NCBI GenBank assembly: GCA_027623095.1
Contig: JAQBVM010000001.1
Location: forward strand, 1,745 to 65,744
Reading direction: 5' to 3'
Source: Verrucomicrobiota bacterium
GTDB lineage: Bacteria > Verrucomicrobiota > Verrucomicrobiia > Limisphaerales > SIBE01
DNA length: 64,000 nucleotides
Part shown: positions 46,232 through 56,228 of the stretch, in pieces
Layout: every line of letters begins with the position of its first letter
Numbering within the stretch: the first letter of the stretch is position 1
Notes under the pieces: model-generated
Seen by the model: the letters and a program-made list of their open reading frames with translations, nothing else
Databases searched by the model: none
Told to the model about the DNA's origin: nothing
Made by a program: the position numbers and the translations under genes

Positions 46232-47391
46232 AACCACTTACTCTATTGACTCTGCTGTGGCTTGCCGTTTTTCCACATGCGGATGTGATGCCCATCGCCG
46301 CCGCGCCGGGCGAAACGGAAAATGTTCAACGGGAGGCTTCCGAGTGGAGGGCGGAGCGGCGCCTGATCGATTTGCATCAGCACGTCAATTATACCGAGGT
46401 GCATCTCGCCCATGCTACCCGGATCATGGACGCGGTTGGCATCGGCGTGGGCGTCAACCTAAGCGGAGGCACCGTAACGCGAAAAGGGAGCCTGCTATCC
46501 GAGTTCGAGCGCAACAAAGCGCTGGCCGACCGGCTTTTCGAAAACCGGTTCTTGAACTACATGAATCTGGATTACTCGGCTTGGGATGAACCCGATTTTT
46601 CGGCTCAGGCGGTGAAGCAGGTTGAGGAGGGTTTTCGTCTGGGCGCCGCCGGTTTGAAGGAATTCAAACGGCTCGGACTTTACCTAAGGGACAAGAACGA
46701 AGTTCTTATTAAAGTGGATGATCCGAAACTGGACCCGGTTTGGAGGCGGTGCGGCGAACTCGGCATGCCGGTGTCGATTCATGTGGCAGACCCGAAGGCG
46801 TTTTGGCTTCCGTACGATGAATCCAACGAACGATGGACGGAGCTGAAGGATCATCGCAGTTGGTGGTTTGGGGATTCCGAGGAGTTCCCGCCGCATGCGG
46901 AATTGCTTGCCGCGTTGAACCGCGTTATCCAGCGGCATCGGGAAACAACGTTTGTATGCGTCCATTTTGCGAACAACGCCGAGGATCTCGATTGGGTGGA
47001 ACAAGCGCTGGATCGTTATCCAAACATGATGGCCGATCTGGCGGCTCGTATTCCTGAGATAGGGCGGCATGATCCGGAGCGAGTTCGACGACTCTTCATC
47101 AAGCACCAAGACCGAATCTTTTTTGCGACGGATTTTCAGGTTTATCAGAGGCTCACGCTCGGGTCCGGGGGTAGTGGGCGTTCGCCGACGGATCAGGATG
47201 CAAAACTCTTCTTCGCCAAGCACTGGCGCTGGCTGGAAACAAACGATCGCGATTTTGAGCACATGACGCCAATTCAGGGCGATTGGAAAATCAGCGCGAT
47301 CGGATTGCCTGCTTCAGTCCTGCGAAAAATCTATTTCGAAAACGCGCGAAAGCTTTTGGCTCGATCGCTTCCCTCGCCGCCGAACCGGTGA
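46228..47391 (+). CDS. Amidohydrolase-family (TIM-barrel metal-dependent hydrolase) protein, secreted
   Basis: Signal peptide, then the metal-binding start IDLHQHV, and later HVADP, VHFAN, FATDF. Confidence 0.75.
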   Translation: MKPLTLLTLLWLAVFPHADVMPIAAAPGETENVQREASEWRAERRLIDLHQHVNYTEVHLAHATRIMDAVGIGVGVNLSGGTVTRKGSLLSEFERNKALADRLFENRFLNYMNLDYSAWDEPDFSAQAVKQVEEGFRLGAAGLKEFKRLGLYLRDKNEVLIKVDDPKLDPVWRRCGELGMPVSIHVADPKAFWLPYDESNERWTELKDHRSWWFGDSEEFPPHAELLAALNRVIQRHRETTFVCVHFANNAEDLDWVEQALDRYPNMMADLAARIPEIGRHDPERVRRLFIKHQDRIFFATDFQVYQRLTLGSGGSGRSPTDQDAKLFFAKHWRWLETNDRDFEHMTPIQGDWKISAIGLPASVLRKIYFENARKLLARSLPSPPNR

Positions 47392-47430
47392 AAAACAATA
47401 TATTTCCAGACGCTTTCACAATGAGACGAA

Positions 47431-47487
47431 TTCCCCTCACCCCATCCGATGGGCAGAGGGTGTCTTTAGCCGGGAGAGGGGCTTTTT
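47431..47487 (+). repeat. REP-like GC-rich element ending in a T-run (may double as terminator of the amidohydrolase gene)
   Basis: TTCCCCTCACCCCATCCGATGGGCAGAGGGTGTCTTTAGCCGGGAGAGGGGCTTTTTT. The CCCCTC...GAGGGG ends can pair. It shares the CCCTCACCCC head with the element at 126-165. Confidence 0.45.
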
Positions 47488-47529
47488 TAACGCCGCTTTC
47501 AAAGGAGACACTCTCCACTTGATCGATCA

Positions 47530-48894
47530 ATGGAAAAAGAAATCGTTATGACAAAGACTGGCTATGCGCGATTTGTTCTGACGCTCTTGTTCGCCGCGCT
47601 GTCGTTCCACGATCCCCTGCGCGCCGCTGAATCAACGGAAACTCTTGCGTCGTCTCCCGATTCCGATTGGCCAATGTTCAAGCATGATTTGAAGCGGACC
47701 GGATTTAGCCCTTCGACAGCCCCAAATTCTCCTGCGTTGGTTTGGAAAACCGATATCGGCCGCTGGGGAAAGTTTTGGTCCTCCGCGTGTGTTGCGGATG
47801 GCAAGCTATACATCGGTGGTAATGATGGGAATTTGTACTGTTTGGACGCCGGCACAGGCGAACATTTGTGGACCTATTTTACGGACACGGGACAACCAAT
47901 TTTCTCCTCTCCGGTTTTCGCTAAGAACAGGGTCTATTTCGCCGGTTATGAGCGGCTTTATGCAATTCCTGCCACCGGTCCCTCGGGTGATTCCGGAGAA
48001 CCGGATGATAGAGTCTGGACCTTTCGGTTCGGCAAGAGCACCGGCGGTGTCAATGACGTGGTTGCCGGCTCGCCTGCGATCCGTGATGGAAGGCTTTTCA
48101 TCGGGGCTGTGGATCAATTCTTCTATTGCTTCGATGCCGGGAAAGGCGGCAGTCCGTTGTGGGAGACACGCACGCCATATCGAGGTCAACACGCCTTTGC
48201 TTCATCACCGGCACTGGACCGTGGCAAAGTGTTTGCGGCGACCGGAAATCAGTCCGGCAGCGGAAGGCTCTATTGCTTCGACGAGGCGAAAGGGACGATT
48301 CTCTGGGAATTCGACATTGACGACATCACCTATTCCTCTCCAGTAATCGATGGAGATCGCGTGTTCATCGCCAACAGTGGCGACTGGATCGGCGGCAATC
48401 ATCGTTACCGGCTCTATTGTCTCGATGTGAACGGATTCCTAGATGGTGTGGATTCGGGCGTGGCTGATGATCACATGGGGAATGCCGATTTGATCTGGTC
48501 TCATGACACCACCGACTACGTCTATTCGTCGCCGTCTGTCCACGACGGCAGACTTTTTTTTGGCTGCGCGAACGGCACGTTAACTTGTCTGGACGCCGAG
48601 GAGGGAAATCCAGTTTGGACTTATCGCAGCAGCGCGAGAAGACGATTCGCGCAACCCCGAGGCATCCTCAGTTCGCCGGCCCTGGCCGATGGAAAGGTAT
48701 TTGTGACTGTCGAAGGAGACTTGCTCGCGCTTCCGGAGACGGATCCCAATGGCGATGGCGCGATTTCTCCGAACGAGGTTCTCTGGTCGTACGAAATCGG
48801 TGGCGACGGAGTGTGTTCTCCGGTGGTCGCCAATGGTTTCGTTTATGTGGGGAACCACCGGGGCACTGTCTATTGCTTTGGACCGAAGCATTAG
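47530..48894 (+). CDS. PQQ-like beta-propeller repeat protein
   Basis: Signal peptide. Repeats CLDAGTGEHLW, CFDEAKGTILW, CLDAEEGNPVW. The start may be the ATG at 47548. Confidence 0.8.
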   Translation: MEKEIVMTKTGYARFVLTLLFAALSFHDPLRAAESTETLASSPDSDWPMFKHDLKRTGFSPSTAPNSPALVWKTDIGRWGKFWSSACVADGKLYIGGNDGNLYCLDAGTGEHLWTYFTDTGQPIFSSPVFAKNRVYFAGYERLYAIPATGPSGDSGEPDDRVWTFRFGKSTGGVNDVVAGSPAIRDGRLFIGAVDQFFYCFDAGKGGSPLWETRTPYRGQHAFASSPALDRGKVFAATGNQSGSGRLYCFDEAKGTILWEFDIDDITYSSPVIDGDRVFIANSGDWIGGNHRYRLYCLDVNGFLDGVDSGVADDHMGNADLIWSHDTTDYVYSSPSVHDGRLFFGCANGTLTCLDAEEGNPVWTYRSSARRRFAQPRGILSSPALADGKVFVTVEGDLLALPETDPNGDGAISPNEVLWSYEIGGDGVCSPVVANGFVYVGNHRGTVYCFGPKH

Positions 48895-48955
48895 ACCGTT
48901 CCCCGAATCGATATTCCCTTGACGCCGGGGCCGGGTCTGCAAGTCTTATCAGACT

Positions 48956-49654
48956 ATGAATTCTATCTCTTTGCATTGGCGATTCGCGCGTGGTTATACG
49001 GTTTTGGCCGCATTAGGCCTGTTTGGCTGCGGGTTTTCCTGGAGCCAGGCTGCTGATTCGAAAATACATCCCGACACGTCGGGCTGGAAAAATCTGTTTG
49101 CGGCGGATCTCTCCAATGCCATTGTTGGAGCCAACGCCTGGCACGTCGAAGACGGCGTTCTTTCCGCCAAGGATCACAGTACAATTTGGACCAAGGATTC
49201 ATATTCCGATTTCGTGCTCGATCTCGAATTCAAAGTCGCGAAGGAGTCGAATAGCGGAGTGTTTTTCAGGGCGGGGAATATAAAAGATGTTCTTTCCGCG
49301 TTCGAGATACAGGTGCATGAAACGACGGATGGAGGAAGGATCGGAATGGTCGGGGCTCTTTACGATGCCAAAGCACCCAGCAAAAGCCTCGCGAAACCCG
49401 TTGGTGAATGGAATCGCTACACGATTACCTGCAAGGGCAGCCTGATGACTTTGGTTTTTAACGGAGAAGTCGCGCTCGACCTCGACCTTGATGATTGGAA
49501 ACAGGCCGGACGCAATCCGGATGGAACGCGGAATAAATTTTCAAAAGCGCTGAAGGATTATTCACGCAAAGGCCCGATTGGATTCCAAGGATTGCACGGC
49601 GCCGCCGAAGCTCCCGTTTGGTATCGAAACCTTAAGATCAAATCGCTGGAGTAA
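48956..49654 (+). CDS. DUF1080 (3-keto-disaccharide hydrolase-like) protein
   Basis: W....G.L........T...Y.DF.L..EFK......NSGVFFR...EIQV...., ending GPIGFQGLHG...VWYRNLKIK. Confidence 0.85.
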   Translation: MNSISLHWRFARGYTVLAALGLFGCGFSWSQAADSKIHPDTSGWKNLFAADLSNAIVGANAWHVEDGVLSAKDHSTIWTKDSYSDFVLDLEFKVAKESNSGVFFRAGNIKDVLSAFEIQVHETTDGGRIGMVGALYDAKAPSKSLAKPVGEWNRYTITCKGSLMTLVFNGEVALDLDLDDWKQAGRNPDGTRNKFSKALKDYSRKGPIGFQGLHGAAEAPVWYRNLKIKSLE

Positions 49655-49736
49655 AATCCGGATTTGACGGCCGATTTGCTCGAAGTCGCGCAAGGCCCAT
49701 TCATACTCTATTCGGTCCCGGATCAGGCTGTTTGTT

Positions 49737-51356
49737 ATGAAACGTCGAGAGTTTTTGCAGTTGGCGTTCCTGGCGTCTGCTACGCAGTGGACAGACGTGT
49801 CCGGGGATGAGGTTTTCGGAGGGCCGCGTCTGAATTCGGTCCGGGTCAGAGTCAAACCGTTCCCGTGGGAGGAAGCGACTATCGCCGAAGTCCAGGCGCA
49901 GGCCGGCGCTGGTACCGTTTCTTCCGTGTCTCTGACGAGGGCTTTTCTGCGACGAATTGATCGACTCAACCGGCGCGGTCCCGCGTTGAATGCGGTTATC
50001 GAGATAAATCCGGATGCAACCGCTATTGCCCGGGAATTGGATCGAGAACGAAGGCGGCAGGGTCCACGCGGTTCACTTCACGGGATTCCAATATTAATCA
50101 AAGACAATTTGGATACGCACGATCGGATGATGACCACCGCCGGCTCATTGGCGTTGCTCGGATCCATTCCGTCGGAGGATTCTTTTGTCGTCCGAAAGCT
50201 GCGCGGCGCGGGAGCCGTGCTGCTGGGGAAGACCAACCTCAGCGAGTGGGCGAATTTTCGTTCGAGCCGATCGACAAGCGGTTGGAGTGGGCGGGGAGGG
50301 CAGACGAAGAATCCGTATGTCCTCGACCGGAATCCGTCCGGTTCCAGCTCTGGATCGGCAGTGGCGGTTGCCGCAAACCTTTGCATGGCCGCCATCGGCA
50401 CGGAAACGGATGGGTCCATCATTTCCCCCTCGTCGCTGTGTGGCATTGTTGGAATCAAACCGACGGTGGGTTTGGTGAGCCGCGCTGGGATTATTCCGAT
50501 TTCGCAAAGTCAAGACACGGCGGGTCCGATGGCTCGCACGGTGACGGATGCTGCGATTCTGTTGGGAGCGATTGTTGGCGTTGATTCCAATGATCCCGCG
50601 ACCGAGGCAAGCGCTGGCAAGGCGCACGGCGATTACACTCAGTTTCTCGATGGGGACGGATTGCGCGGAGCCCGAATTGGTGTGGCGCGCCGATTTTTTC
50701 GGCCGGGTACGCCGTCTGAGCTGGTTTTGGAAAATGCGATTGAGGCGATCAAGAATGCCGGTGCGACGGTTGTGGATCCGGCAGATCTGCCGACGCACGG
50801 GAAATTTGGCGATTCGGAATACAAGGTTTTCCTGTATGAATTCAAGGCGGGATTGAACGCTTATCTCGCGCGTCTCAGTCCTGAGGTGGCGGTGCATTCG
50901 CTCGAAGAATTGATTGAGTTTAACAAGCGTAACGCCAATCAAGAAATGCCGTACTTTGGCCAGGAAACGTTTGTGTCGGCTCAATCAAAGGGTCCGCTCA
51001 CAGAGCGAGAGTACTTGGACGCATTGACGGAGTGCCGCCGATTGTCGAGAGAGGAGGGGATCGACGCCGTGATGAACGAGCACAAACTCGATGCGATTGT
51101 CGCTCCGTCCGGAGGTCCTGCGGACAGGGTCGATCTATTGTATGGGAGCCGGGGAGTCGGTGGGAGCTCGTCGCCCGCGGCGGTCGCTGGTTACCCGAAC
51201 ATTTCAGTTCCGGCTGGGCACGTGTTTGGCCTTCCGGTTGGGATCTCATTCTTCGGGCGCGCTTGGAGCGAACCGGTGTTGCTCAAGATTGCGTTCGCTT
51301 TCGAGCAAGTCACGCGCGCCCGGAGAGCGCCGGAGTTCTTCGAAAGCGTGCCTTAG
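49737..51356 (+). CDS. Amidase (amidase-signature family) with TAT-like leader
   Basis: MKRREFLQLAFLASA leader. LHGIPILIKDN. GGSSSGSAVAVAA (AS signature). Confidence 0.85.
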   Translation: MKRREFLQLAFLASATQWTDVSGDEVFGGPRLNSVRVRVKPFPWEEATIAEVQAQAGAGTVSSVSLTRAFLRRIDRLNRRGPALNAVIEINPDATAIARELDRERRRQGPRGSLHGIPILIKDNLDTHDRMMTTAGSLALLGSIPSEDSFVVRKLRGAGAVLLGKTNLSEWANFRSSRSTSGWSGRGGQTKNPYVLDRNPSGSSSGSAVAVAANLCMAAIGTETDGSIISPSSLCGIVGIKPTVGLVSRAGIIPISQSQDTAGPMARTVTDAAILLGAIVGVDSNDPATEASAGKAHGDYTQFLDGDGLRGARIGVARRFFRPGTPSELVLENAIEAIKNAGATVVDPADLPTHGKFGDSEYKVFLYEFKAGLNAYLARLSPEVAVHSLEELIEFNKRNANQEMPYFGQETFVSAQSKGPLTEREYLDALTECRRLSREEGIDAVMNEHKLDAIVAPSGGPADRVDLLYGSRGVGGSSSPAAVAGYPNISVPAGHVFGLPVGISFFGRAWSEPVLLKIAFAFEQVTRARRAPEFFESVP

Positions 51357-51400
51357 TCCGCTGAGTGTAGAGAGGATTCTGAAACCGAAGTGGCGTTGTT

Positions 51401-52171
51401 GTGCGCGGTGAGATTCTGCGATTCCACTTTCGGCGAGTGTATCGTAGTCTTTCTGGCATGCGCCACACTGCCGCCGTTCTTATGATTGCCTTCACGTCAG
51501 TTATTCACGCCGACGTTGTGCCAATCGAACCCGTCCGCTTTGATCCGATCGCGCGTGACATCGAGGGGTGGACAGTTCACGTGGAACCGGCGTTGATCGA
51601 AAGTGATCACGCGGACGAAGGAGCCAAGGCACTGACGATGCTGGCGAATCATCTGCAGCGCATCAAAATCCTCGTGCCGGAAAAACCGCTGGCGAGGCTG
51701 CAAACGATCGAGATTTGGATTGAACGCGATCACCCGCGGCTTAGGTCGATGCAGTATCACCCCAGCAAAGGCTGGCTTGTCGCAAATGGCCACGACCCTC
51801 GCCTAACGAAGAAAGTTCACATTACGCAGGCCCGCGAGTTGTTGTCCCGGAGTCAGATGCTGAAACATCCCGCGGTGATCCTCCATGAACTGGCGCACGG
51901 TTATCACGATCAAATCTTGAACTTCGATAATGCGGAGATCATCGCTGCCTACAACCAAGCGAAGGGGGCGGGCACTTACGAGAATGTCCTGCTTTACACA
52001 GGAACGACGGTCAAGCACTACGGCTTGAGCAATCACAAGGAGTATTTTGCCGAGGGCACGGAGGCGTATTTCTACCGGAACGATTTCTATCCCTTCGTCC
52101 GCGCGGAGCTGAAGGTACATGATCCAACCCTGCACGACGTGCTTGAAAAAATATGGGGCCCGTCGAGTTAA
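51401..52171 (+). CDS. Putative zinc metallopeptidase (HExxH ... EYFAEGTEAYF)
   Basis: ILHELAHGYHD plus a downstream NHKEYFAEGTEAYF glutamate region. Family uncertain. Likely start at the internal ATG 51458 (MRHTAAVLMIAF signal). Confidence 0.55.
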   Translation: MRGEILRFHFRRVYRSLSGMRHTAAVLMIAFTSVIHADVVPIEPVRFDPIARDIEGWTVHVEPALIESDHADEGAKALTMLANHLQRIKILVPEKPLARLQTIEIWIERDHPRLRSMQYHPSKGWLVANGHDPRLTKKVHITQARELLSRSQMLKHPAVILHELAHGYHDQILNFDNAEIIAAYNQAKGAGTYENVLLYTGTTVKHYGLSNHKEYFAEGTEAYFYRNDFYPFVRAELKVHDPTLHDVLEKIWGPSS

Positions 52172-52338
52172 GAGGTCGAAACGCATTCGAACGTACAATC
52201 CGCTGCCGGGCGTTCTTGTGCGGAGTGTGGTGAAGGTTGAAGCGCGACCGCAACGTTGCGGATACGAAATCGAACAATTCGGGGAACAGGATGCGTTGAT
52301 GAGTGCTCTAACTCCTGAACTCTTGAAGTGCAGTTTTT

Positions 52339-53580
52339 ATGAAAGACTTTCGCGGCCAGTTAATGGTTTGGTGCAACGCTGGTGTCCCGAGCGGTCGATC
52401 GTGGGCTCGACCGCTCGAAACTGGGTTGATGCTAATGCTGGCCGCGTTTTTTACGAACGCGGAAACGATCACGTTGCGACCGGTGGCGGACACCTCCATG
52501 CACGAGATTGCGCCGACATTCAATATGGGCGGGCACACGCACGTGGCCTCGGGAACCACTCAAAAACGGACAAAAAGCAGGGGATTCTTTCGATTTGATC
52601 TTGAGGGTCAGATTCCCCCGAATGCGACCATCAGCTCGGTTTCCTTGGTCTTGACGGTGACCGGGACGCCTCCGGGTGGTGGTGCGCCTTCGACATTCGG
52701 ATTGCACCGTGTCTCAAAGGAATGGGGTGAGGGCGCAAAAAGTGGCAATACCGGTTCACCCGCGGGTACGGGGGAAGCGACTTGGACGGCGCGCATGAGT
52801 CCGTCCACGCCCTGGAGCGCGCCTGGCGGGGCTCCGCCGGAGGATTTCGTTGGGAACGCTAGCGCGTCGGCAATGGTGAGCAACGTTGGAAAATACACGT
52901 TTGGACCTTCCACAGAACTATTGGCGGATGTCGAGTTTTGGAGAGGGAATGGAGGCTCCAATTTCGGATGGATTCTAATGAGCCAGGCGGAGGGGATTCA
53001 GATGACCGCGCGTAAATTCGGTTCGCGCGAGTCGGGCGATTCCGCGGCATCGCTTGTTATTGATTTCACGGCTCCGGCCGTGGTTGAACCACCTTCGATC
53101 AGCGAACAACCGCAGTCTCAGACAGTTTCGGCTGGCTCGCTGGTCACGTTGCGAGTGGTTGCCGCAGGCGCTGAACCATTGACATACCAGTGGCGGTTCA
53201 ACGGCGTGGATATCCCTGGAGCAATCGGTGCCACATTCAGTCTGAACAATGTCCAGCCCGTCGCGGCTGGCAACTACACGGTTGTGGTGGGCAATGTCGT
53301 GGGATCTTTGATGAGCGCTGATGCTGCGCTTGTTGTTCAGACAGTGCCCCTCGAACCTCCTCGAATTGATCGCATTGAATTTGACGGGGAAATGCTCGCG
53401 CTGGTGTTCACGGCACCGCCAAGTACTCGAATCACCGTCGAATTCACGGAGGTGTTGGGGAACGGTGTTTGGATGAGCCTAACAACAACCGATCCTGGTC
53501 TCGACTCTGTTCCGGTGCGTATCACAGATTCAATATCGGCTGGAAAGCAGCGGTTTTACCGCCTGCGAATAGCCGAGTGA
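52339..53580 (+). CDS. Secreted protein with DNRLRE-like N-domain and Ig (I-set-like) domain
   Basis: ITLRPVADTSMHE...SRGFFRFDL...ATISSVSLVLTV (DNRLRE-like). PPSISEQPQSQTVSAGSLVTLRVVAAGAEPLTYQWRFNG...AGNYTVVVGN (Ig-like). Confidence 0.6.
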   Translation: MKDFRGQLMVWCNAGVPSGRSWARPLETGLMLMLAAFFTNAETITLRPVADTSMHEIAPTFNMGGHTHVASGTTQKRTKSRGFFRFDLEGQIPPNATISSVSLVLTVTGTPPGGGAPSTFGLHRVSKEWGEGAKSGNTGSPAGTGEATWTARMSPSTPWSAPGGAPPEDFVGNASASAMVSNVGKYTFGPSTELLADVEFWRGNGGSNFGWILMSQAEGIQMTARKFGSRESGDSAASLVIDFTAPAVVEPPSISEQPQSQTVSAGSLVTLRVVAAGAEPLTYQWRFNGVDIPGAIGATFSLNNVQPVAAGNYTVVVGNVVGSLMSADAALVVQTVPLEPPRIDRIEFDGEMLALVFTAPPSTRITVEFTEVLGNGVWMSLTTTDPGLDSVPVRITDSISAGKQRFYRLRIAE

Positions 53581-53630
53581 CAGCATCCGCGCCCCGCATC
53601 TCCGAGTTGTTGGACGAGGAGCGCGGGGTT

Positions 53631-53700
53631 GGACCGCGGGCTGTCCCAGCCCACAGCACTTGCAATACACCCCTCGCATCAGACACGAGTTCGTGCATAG
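53631..53700. repeat. Second copy of the GGACCGCGGGCTGTCCCAGCCC repeat family (single arm plus core)
   Basis: GGACCGCGGGCTGTCCCAGCCCACAG, then 15 nt, then CCTCGCATC..., collinear with 33489-33555. I did not find a matching right arm. Confidence 0.55.
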
Positions 53701-53865
53701 CACTACAGCGACACTGCTGAAACCGGCGAGTGGCCTTCCAGGCCGCAGCACACAAAAACATGGAAAAACCGCAGACCAGGTCGAGCGTGCCGGATCAACA
53801 AACGTGCTGAGGCCTCGAAGACCGCGCGCGAATACCGAAGTGTCGTTGCAATGCACAGAGCGGAT

Positions 53866-54000
53866 CGTTGCCGGAATTTGCGCAGCCCGGTTTGTGTATG
53901 CAAACCGATCCGAGCGGACTCTCTGGACCCAGGGGTTTGGAACGAAGTAGTACGGTTGGTCAGTTCGCCGGAGCTGGTGAGAAATGAGATTGAGCGGCGA
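53866..54000 (+). pseudogene. Fragment of a large serine recombinase (region after the zinc-ribbon domain)
   Basis: ...CRNLRSPVCVCKPIRADSLDPGVWNEVVRLVSSPELVRNEIERR resembles the C.N..vR.d.Ld.aVW.ev..ll.dP..l..Ey.rR block of large serine recombinases. No catalytic domain present. Confidence 0.45.
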
Positions 54001-54083
54001 GTCCTACCAGTCGGAACTGCGGAGAGTGGGCCTACCCTCATTCGAAGATACGCCCACATCGGGCTGGTGTTGAGCTGCAAAAA

Positions 54084-54800
54084 TTACGGCGTTGACGGCC
54101 TCCGCGATTCGATTTGCATATTGCGGAGGAAGAGATGTTCGTTCCCGCCGCTCCAGGGCTTGGTGCAGATGTCGATGTCCCCGTCGCCGTCGATATCCCC
54201 GACAGCTTTGGGTGCGACGCCGCCGTGAACTTTGTGCGATTGGATCGTGTCGATCATGTGCGCGTACCAGACGGCGCGCGGATCGGGAGGAATCTCGTAC
54301 CAATAAAGTCCGGTTTTGTCGGAGTTGGCAATGAGGTCCATTTTGCCGTCGCCGTTTACATCCGCGAATTCTGTGTCGTGAGAATGAATTGCGCCGATGT
54401 CAAAAACCTGAAACGGCACCGCCTTGGGTTCGCGGGAGTTCAAGAGCAGTTTCGAGCCAGCGACAAAATCAACCCAACCGTCGCCATTGACATCAAATGC
54501 CGCGCCGCCAACGTCCGTGTTTCCTACCCCTATCGGATGACGCACCCATTTGTCCGGTCCCTGGAATTCCCACCAGCAGATTTCAGCCGTGTTCTGTCGA
54601 GCGTGGCTGGCGTTACCGGCAATCCAATCCAAATCGCCATCCCGATCCACATCCGCCAAAGCGGTCTGCCCAATGTTTTGCCCCCAGTGATCGATAGTGT
54701 GAACAGTAAAGGAAGGGAATTGCCCTGCGCCCTGAATCGAGATGACAGAAAACAGGAATGAGCAATACAGCAGGTATTTGACGGGTGCGGTTCTATTCAT
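54084..54800 (-). CDS. FG-GAP/VCBS-repeat secreted protein
   Basis: Signal peptide. Repeated DVDRDGDLDW, FDVNGDGWVDF, ADVNGDGKMDL, GDIDGDGDIDI calcium-binding-type repeats. Confidence 0.8.
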   Translation of the reverse strand: MNRTAPVKYLLYCSFLFSVISIQGAGQFPSFTVHTIDHWGQNIGQTALADVDRDGDLDWIAGNASHARQNTAEICWWEFQGPDKWVRHPIGVGNTDVGGAAFDVNGDGWVDFVAGSKLLLNSREPKAVPFQVFDIGAIHSHDTEFADVNGDGKMDLIANSDKTGLYWYEIPPDPRAVWYAHMIDTIQSHKVHGGVAPKAVGDIDGDGDIDICTKPWSGGNEHLFLRNMQIESRRPSTP

Positions 54801-55318
54801 GGGAGTTTCGAGGCGACGTACAGATTTCAGAGCGGTTTGACCGTGTAGTGTTCTGTGTAAATCGCCACAAGCGACGGTTCCCCATTCTTGCCAAAGCTAT
54901 CAATGTTTTTCAACAGGATATCACCCGCGCAAGCGACCCGATCATTGCCTCATCCGCCAATAGTCCCGCGGCCGAAGGTGTCGCCAATGCCATCGACAAT
55001 CAGTCGGCCACCAAGTATTTGAATTTCGATTCAAAGGATGGGGCTGAAATCTCAGGTTTTGTGGTTTCTCCCACGGCAGGCGCCTCGGTTGTGACGGGTA
55101 TGACGATTCAATCGGCCAACGACGCGCCCGAGCGGGATCCGTGGTCTGTTATTCTTGAAGGTTCAAACGATGCCTCCATCGCCGACTTCAATTCGGGAGA
55201 ATGGGTGGAGATTGTCTATATCGAGATGATTCTGCACACTGCGGGCGGTCGCCGGATCGTTGAGGTACGAATTGCCCACGATCTGCACACCCGACGAATT
55301 AATGGTGGATCCCAATGA
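54785..55318 (+). CDS. Fragmentary discoidin/galactose-binding-like module (probably a truncated surface-protein gene)
   Basis: SSANSPAAEGVANAIDNQSATKYLNF...ANDAPERDPWSVILEGSND is a module I associate with PVC surface proteins. The N- and C-terminal parts of the ORF look non-homologous. Confidence 0.4.
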   Translation: MRFYSWEFRGDVQISERFDRVVFCVNRHKRRFPILAKAINVFQQDITRASDPIIASSANSPAAEGVANAIDNQSATKYLNFDSKDGAEISGFVVSPTAGASVVTGMTIQSANDAPERDPWSVILEGSNDASIADFNSGEWVEIVYIEMILHTAGGRRIVEVRIAHDLHTRRINGGSQ

Positions 55319-55554
55319 TTGACGATCCGATTGTATCTGAGGTGCGACGGAACCGGGCGACCATCCTGGATTCGCATGGAAGGAATCTACGCCGGTACCA
55401 CGCCGCTCTCCAGCAGACTCAAGCCGGTCGATTTGCGGGACAGCTTGTCACGATGGAACCACGGACGCGGGTCGAACCAAGCGATGCACCGAATGACGGC
55501 CCCGCGACGTCAGTTGGTAATTCGGATGCGTCTGCGGAGGGCCGTCATCGGTGA
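55315..55554 (+). CDS. Small conserved hypothetical protein
   Basis: MIDDPIVSEVRRNRATILDSHG.NLRRYHAALQ resembles a small-protein family common in PVC and cyanobacterial genomes. Function unknown. Confidence 0.45.
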   Translation: MIDDPIVSEVRRNRATILDSHGRNLRRYHAALQQTQAGRFAGQLVTMEPRTRVEPSDAPNDGPATSVGNSDASAEGRHR

Positions 55555-55575
55555 TCTGGATCGTTGAGCCCGGAT

Positions 55576-56139
55576 ATGGAATCGCTCATCCTACGCCAGT
55601 GGGACGACTCCGATCTGGAACTTTACACTGCGATGAATTCGGATTCGGAGGTTATGCGCCACTTTCCTTCCATCCTCAGTTCTGAGGAATCGTTGGCATC
55701 GTTTCAGAAGTTGCGTCGCGCGATTGACGAGCGCGGTTGGGGCCTTTGGGCAGTCGATGTGGACGGAGTGTTTGCCGGATTCACCGGATTGAATATCCCG
55801 ACGTTTTCGGCCCCGTTTACTCCCTGCACAGAGATCGGTTGGCGGTTTCGTCGAGAGTATTGGGGTCGCGGCTTGGCTACACGGGCAGCGCGGAAGGCTT
55901 TGGATTTCGGATTTGAGACACTGAAGCTCCACGAGATCGTTTCTTTCACCGCTGCGACCAATGTACGATCGCGCAGGCTTATGGAGCGCCTTGGGCTGGA
56001 GTGGGATACTGAGGGAGACTTTCAGCATCCGGCAATACCTGACGGTCATGTACTTCGTCCTCACGTCCTATACCGAGGAAGGGCTAACAAAGCGGATGCG
56101 CACGAACCGCCGCCCCGCGCTTCCGTTTGGACGCACTAG
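55576..56139 (+). CDS. GNAT-family N-acetyltransferase (RimJ/RimL-like)
   Basis: LILRQW...EVMRHF..., EIGWRFRREYWGRGLATRAARKALDFGF..L.L.EIVSFT...N..S.RLMERLG. ATG at 55576 preferred over the TTG at 55564. Confidence 0.8.
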   Translation: MESLILRQWDDSDLELYTAMNSDSEVMRHFPSILSSEESLASFQKLRRAIDERGWGLWAVDVDGVFAGFTGLNIPTFSAPFTPCTEIGWRFRREYWGRGLATRAARKALDFGFETLKLHEIVSFTAATNVRSRRLMERLGLEWDTEGDFQHPAIPDGHVLRPHVLYRGRANKADAHEPPPRASVWTH

Positions 56140-56228
56140 GTTCTTTGGACGCTGGATTCGCAGCCAGCGCCCGTTCCCGTCGGCGGTCGGTGATCCGTGT
56201 CGGCGAGAGACATTGATGCTCTTCAGAG

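Noticed and set aside
55315-56139. Small ORF plus GNAT acetyltransferase as a GNAT-toxin/RHH-antitoxin TA pair
   Set aside because: The GNAT looks like a RimJ/RimL-type housekeeping acetyltransferase rather than a tRNA-acetylating toxin. The small protein has no RHH/HTH features I can point to, and the genes are not overlapping.
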